From: an uncultured Chloroflexia bacterium
Lineage (GTDB): Bacteria; Chloroflexota; Limnocylindria; Limnocylindrales; CSP1-4
Assembly: GCA_963754485.1 (NCBI GenBank)
Contig: CAVWFY010000009.1
Location: forward strand, 8,747-72,746
Length of the DNA stretch: 64,000 bases
Direction: 5' to 3'
The notes beneath the pieces are model-generated. The model was not told the origin of the DNA and did no database searches. It saw only the letters and a list, made by a program, of their open reading frames with translations. The translations under genes were made by a program, and so were the position numbers. Below, piece after piece: positions 61,512 through 64,000 of this stretch. The stretch's first letter is position 1. The number at the start of each line of letters is the position of its first letter.

Positions 61512-63389
61512 ATGATCGACGCACGCCATCGCTGGGTCTTCCCCGATCCGCTCCGGCTGGATGCGGAGTTTCGTGCCGCGGCTCGCGCCGAGGGCGTCGG
61601 AACCTTCGCGGCAACGGTGATGGCCCGTCGCGGGATCGCGGACCCCCAGGCGCTGGCCGCATTTCTCGGTCCCGCCATCGCGGGGCTCAACGATCCGCGT
61701 CTGCTGCCCGATGCCGAAGCGCTGCTCGAGCGGATCGCTCGCGCCCGCGCGGCCGGAGAGCGCGTCATGGTCTTCGGGGACTTCGATGCCGATGGCCTCA
61801 CGGGCCTCGCCCAGCTGGTGATCGCGTTCCGCCGCCTGGGGATCGAGACGACGCCCTATGTCCCGTCACGCCTCGACGAGGGACACGGCCTGTCGCTCGC
61901 GGCCGTGGACGCCGCCGTGGCTGCGGGGATCACGCTCATCGTCACGGTGGACACGGGCTCCACGAGCGTCGCCGAGATTGCCGAGGCCGGTGCCCGGGGG
62001 ATCGATGTGATCGTGACGGACCACCACCACCTGCCGCCGGTGCTGCCGGCAGCCGTCGCCATCGTCAATCCCCACCGCGCGGACTCCGCGTACCCGGATC
62101 CGGAGCTCAGCGGCTCGGGTGTGGCCTTCACGGTGGCACGCCTGCTCCTCGGGGAGCTCGCGGCTGCCGAGGCGGACGCGCTGGACCTGGCCGAGCTGGC
62201 CACCATCGGGACGGTGGCGGACGTGGCCCCGATCATGGGCGAGAACCGGGCGATCGCCCGGCTCGGCCTGGAGCGGATGCGCGCGGCGCCACGTCCGGGG
62301 ATCGCCGCGCTGCTCGAGCGTGCCCGTGTCGCCCAGGCGTCGGTGGACCTCGAGACCGTCGGCTTCGTGCTCGCCCCGCGCCTCAATGCGGCGGGACGGG
62401 TGGGGGAGGCGCTCGACGCCGCCCGCCTGTTGCTCGCGGAGACGCCGGCAGAGGCGGCCGGTCTCGCCGCGACCCTCGAGGCTGCGAACGTGACCCGCCG
62501 GGACATGATGCGTTCGGCGATCGCCGAGGCGCGATCGGCGCTCGGGCTGCCGGATCCGGCCGCCGCACCCGGACAGGTGGCGCTCGTGCCCGAGAGCGAA
62601 GCGGCCGCCGCCCAGGTCACCGTCGGCGGTGGCCCTGACGCCCCAGCGGTGCTGCTCTACGGGCCCTGGTCCGTCGGGATCATCGGCCTTGTCGCCGGGC
62701 GCCTCGCGGACCAGACCGGCCGGCCCGCGGTGATCGGGACGCCGATCGGCGATGTCATCCGTGCCTCGTGCCGGAGCGACGGGCGGCTCAATCTCGCCGA
62801 GATCCTCGCCGCATGCGGGGACCTGTTCGTCCGCTTCGGCGGGCACGCGGCCGCCGCCGGCTTCGAGCTGCCGGCTGACCGCTGGCCGGAGTTCACGGAG
62901 CGGTTCCTCGCCCTGGTCGCGGCCGGCGGGACGGTGGACCCGCGGACACCGCTCGCGGTGGACCTCGCCCTCCCGGCGGCCTACGTCGACTACTCGCTGT
63001 ACCGTGACCTCGCCCGGCTCGCCCCCTGCGGTCCCGGGAACCCGGAGCCGCTGGTGGCCGTCCTCGGGCTCACCGTGCAGCGTGTCCGGGCTGCCAGCGG
63101 CGGCCATACCCAGCTCGTCCTGCGCCGTGAACGTGACGTGATCGACGGCATCGCCTTCGGTCGGCCGGATCTCGCCGCGGCACTCGCCGAGGGCGACCGC
63201 GTGGACGTCGTCGCACGCCTCGCCAGCCGGGCGTTCGGCGGCCTTGAGACGCTGCAGCTCGAGGTTCGGGACGTGGCCCCGTCCGGTTCCCATCCGAGAG
63301 CTCGGGAGGTCCTCGACCGAGCTGCCGGGCTGGCCGGCGTGCCCGTGGGTCCCGGCCGGGCAGTCGCCGTCTCCGGGGGCATCGCATGA
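61512..63389 (+). CDS. recJ: single-stranded-DNA-specific exonuclease RecJ
   Basis: DHH-family motifs are present (VFGDFDADGLTG, VTVDTGS, VTDHHH) along with a DHHA1 region (GGHAAAAGF). It is intact over 625 aa. Confidence 0.9.
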   Translation: MIDARHRWVFPDPLRLDAEFRAAARAEGVGTFAATVMARRGIADPQALAAFLGPAIAGLNDPRLLPDAEALLERIARARAAGERVMVFGDFDADGLTGLAQLVIAFRRLGIETTPYVPSRLDEGHGLSLAAVDAAVAAGITLIVTVDTGSTSVAEIAEAGARGIDVIVTDHHHLPPVLPAAVAIVNPHRADSAYPDPELSGSGVAFTVARLLLGELAAAEADALDLAELATIGTVADVAPIMGENRAIARLGLERMRAAPRPGIAALLERARVAQASVDLETVGFVLAPRLNAAGRVGEALDAARLLLAETPAEAAGLAATLEAANVTRRDMMRSAIAEARSALGLPDPAAAPGQVALVPESEAAAAQVTVGGGPDAPAVLLYGPWSVGIIGLVAGRLADQTGRPAVIGTPIGDVIRASCRSDGRLNLAEILAACGDLFVRFGGHAAAAGFELPADRWPEFTERFLALVAAGGTVDPRTPLAVDLALPAAYVDYSLYRDLARLAPCGPGNPEPLVAVLGLTVQRVRAASGGHTQLVLRRERDVIDGIAFGRPDLAAALAEGDRVDVVARLASRAFGGLETLQLEVRDVAPSGSHPRAREVLDRAAGLAGVPVGPGRAVAVSGGIA

Positions 63390-64000
63390 CCCGCTCACCG
63401 GGCCCGGAACGGCCTCGCGCCGCCCGGCCCCCCGGCCGCAAGGACCCGTACGGCCTGCTGCCCTCCGGCACGCCGCTGGCCGCGATCCTGTCGATGGTGG
63501 GCCTCGTCGTCATCGGCATCGTCAGCCTGTCGCTGGTCAACGGGAGCCTGCCGTTCGGCGGGGGAGGCACCGGCAACGGCAACGCGGAACCCGGAGCGAC
63601 CGACGACCCTGCGGTCCTCAGGACGCCGACCCCGTCGGACGTCGTCGTCGTCCCCACCGAGGAGCCCGGGCTCGAGATCCCGGGAACCCTCGTCTATGCC
63701 AAGGCGGGCAACATCTGGCTCCAGGCAGACGGCAAGGCCACGCAGCTCACCGACGACGGCAACGACTCCATGCCGTCGTTCTCCGAGGATGGGGCTGCCG
63801 TTGTGTTCGTGAGGACCCGGAAGATGGACGGGGCGTGGCTCGTCGATGGCCAGACGCGCAAGTACCGGATGGACGTCCCCTCGATCATGCGCGTCCCGAT
63901 GGACGGCGGCAAGGTCACGAAGGTCCTCGACGGACTCGTGGACCCGCCGGGCAAGCTCAAGTGGATGGGCTTCATCCAAAATCCCGTCGTGTCGCCCGAC
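63386..64000 (+). CDS. TM-anchored protein with TolB/WD40-like beta-propeller beginning (3' end beyond window)
   Basis: The ATG at 63386 is in an ATGA overlap with the recJ stop. It has a TM helix (LAAILSMVGLVVIGIVSLSLV) and then GTLVYAKAGNIWLQADGKATQLTDDGNDSMPSFSEDG. The frame is open to the window end. Confidence 0.6.
   Translation, partial: MTRSPGPERPRAARPPGRKDPYGLLPSGTPLAAILSMVGLVVIGIVSLSLVNGSLPFGGGGTGNGNAEPGATDDPAVLRTPTPSDVVVVPTEEPGLEIPGTLVYAKAGNIWLQADGKATQLTDDGNDSMPSFSEDGAAVVFVRTRKMDGAWLVDGQTRKYRMDVPSIMRVPMDGGKVTKVLDGLVDPPGKLKWMGFIQNPVVSPD

Overview
This is a 64-kb, very GC-rich chromosomal segment. Hand counts on single 60-nt lines give 68-80% GC in housekeeping genes. Gene content and synteny look Actinomycetota-like (polA ... 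coaE-uvrB ... uvrA, and an MtrA-MtrB-LpqB-like module); that taxonomic placement is an inference. I can support about 50 protein-coding genes and one tRNA-Leu(CAA). I saw no rRNA, CRISPR array, integrase or transposase.

Gene content:
- Nucleoside salvage: an ABC permease plus two nucleoside hydrolases at the left edge, and two secreted 5'-nucleotidase genes at 47.6-53.7 kb.
- Replication and repair: dnaE, polA, mutM, uvrB, uvrA, uvrC, recJ and a UvrD-like helicase.
- Export: secD and secF.
- Envelope signalling: two OmpR/histidine-kinase pairs and one ECF sigma factor.
- Other: a VapBC pair, a LAL-type regulator, and several secreted or lipoprotein genes of unknown function.

Items most worth a second look:
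1. One ECF sigma gene is followed by two tandem anti-sigma paralogues. Their first 377 bp differ at only 2 synonymous sites, while their extracytoplasmic parts are unrelated.
2. There is a zone of very dense 1-nt frame changes confined to the two secreted 5'-nucleotidase genes. Isolated homopolymer-associated frameshifts also occur in uvrA, uvrC, coaE, secF, an ABC-F gene, a helicase and a kinase. This is either an assembly-quality problem or genuine decay, and it must be resolved before any biology is inferred.
3. A co-directional module runs hydrolase - membrane S1 protease - MPF peptidase - MtrA - MtrB - short LpqB-like lipoprotein.
4. A lower-GC block of secreted-protein genes ends at the tRNA-Leu. 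It sits next to a solute-binding-protein gene remnant and a G10 tract, and it includes an alpha/beta hydrolase whose nucleophile Ser codon reads TTG (Leu).
5. An orphan CpaB-like gene lies between coaE and uvrB.
6. Gly/Arg-rich low-complexity inserts recur in DnaE, PolA and UvrB.

I did not find an obviously new multi-gene system such as a defence island. All domain calls come from motifs recognised by eye; no database search was possible.
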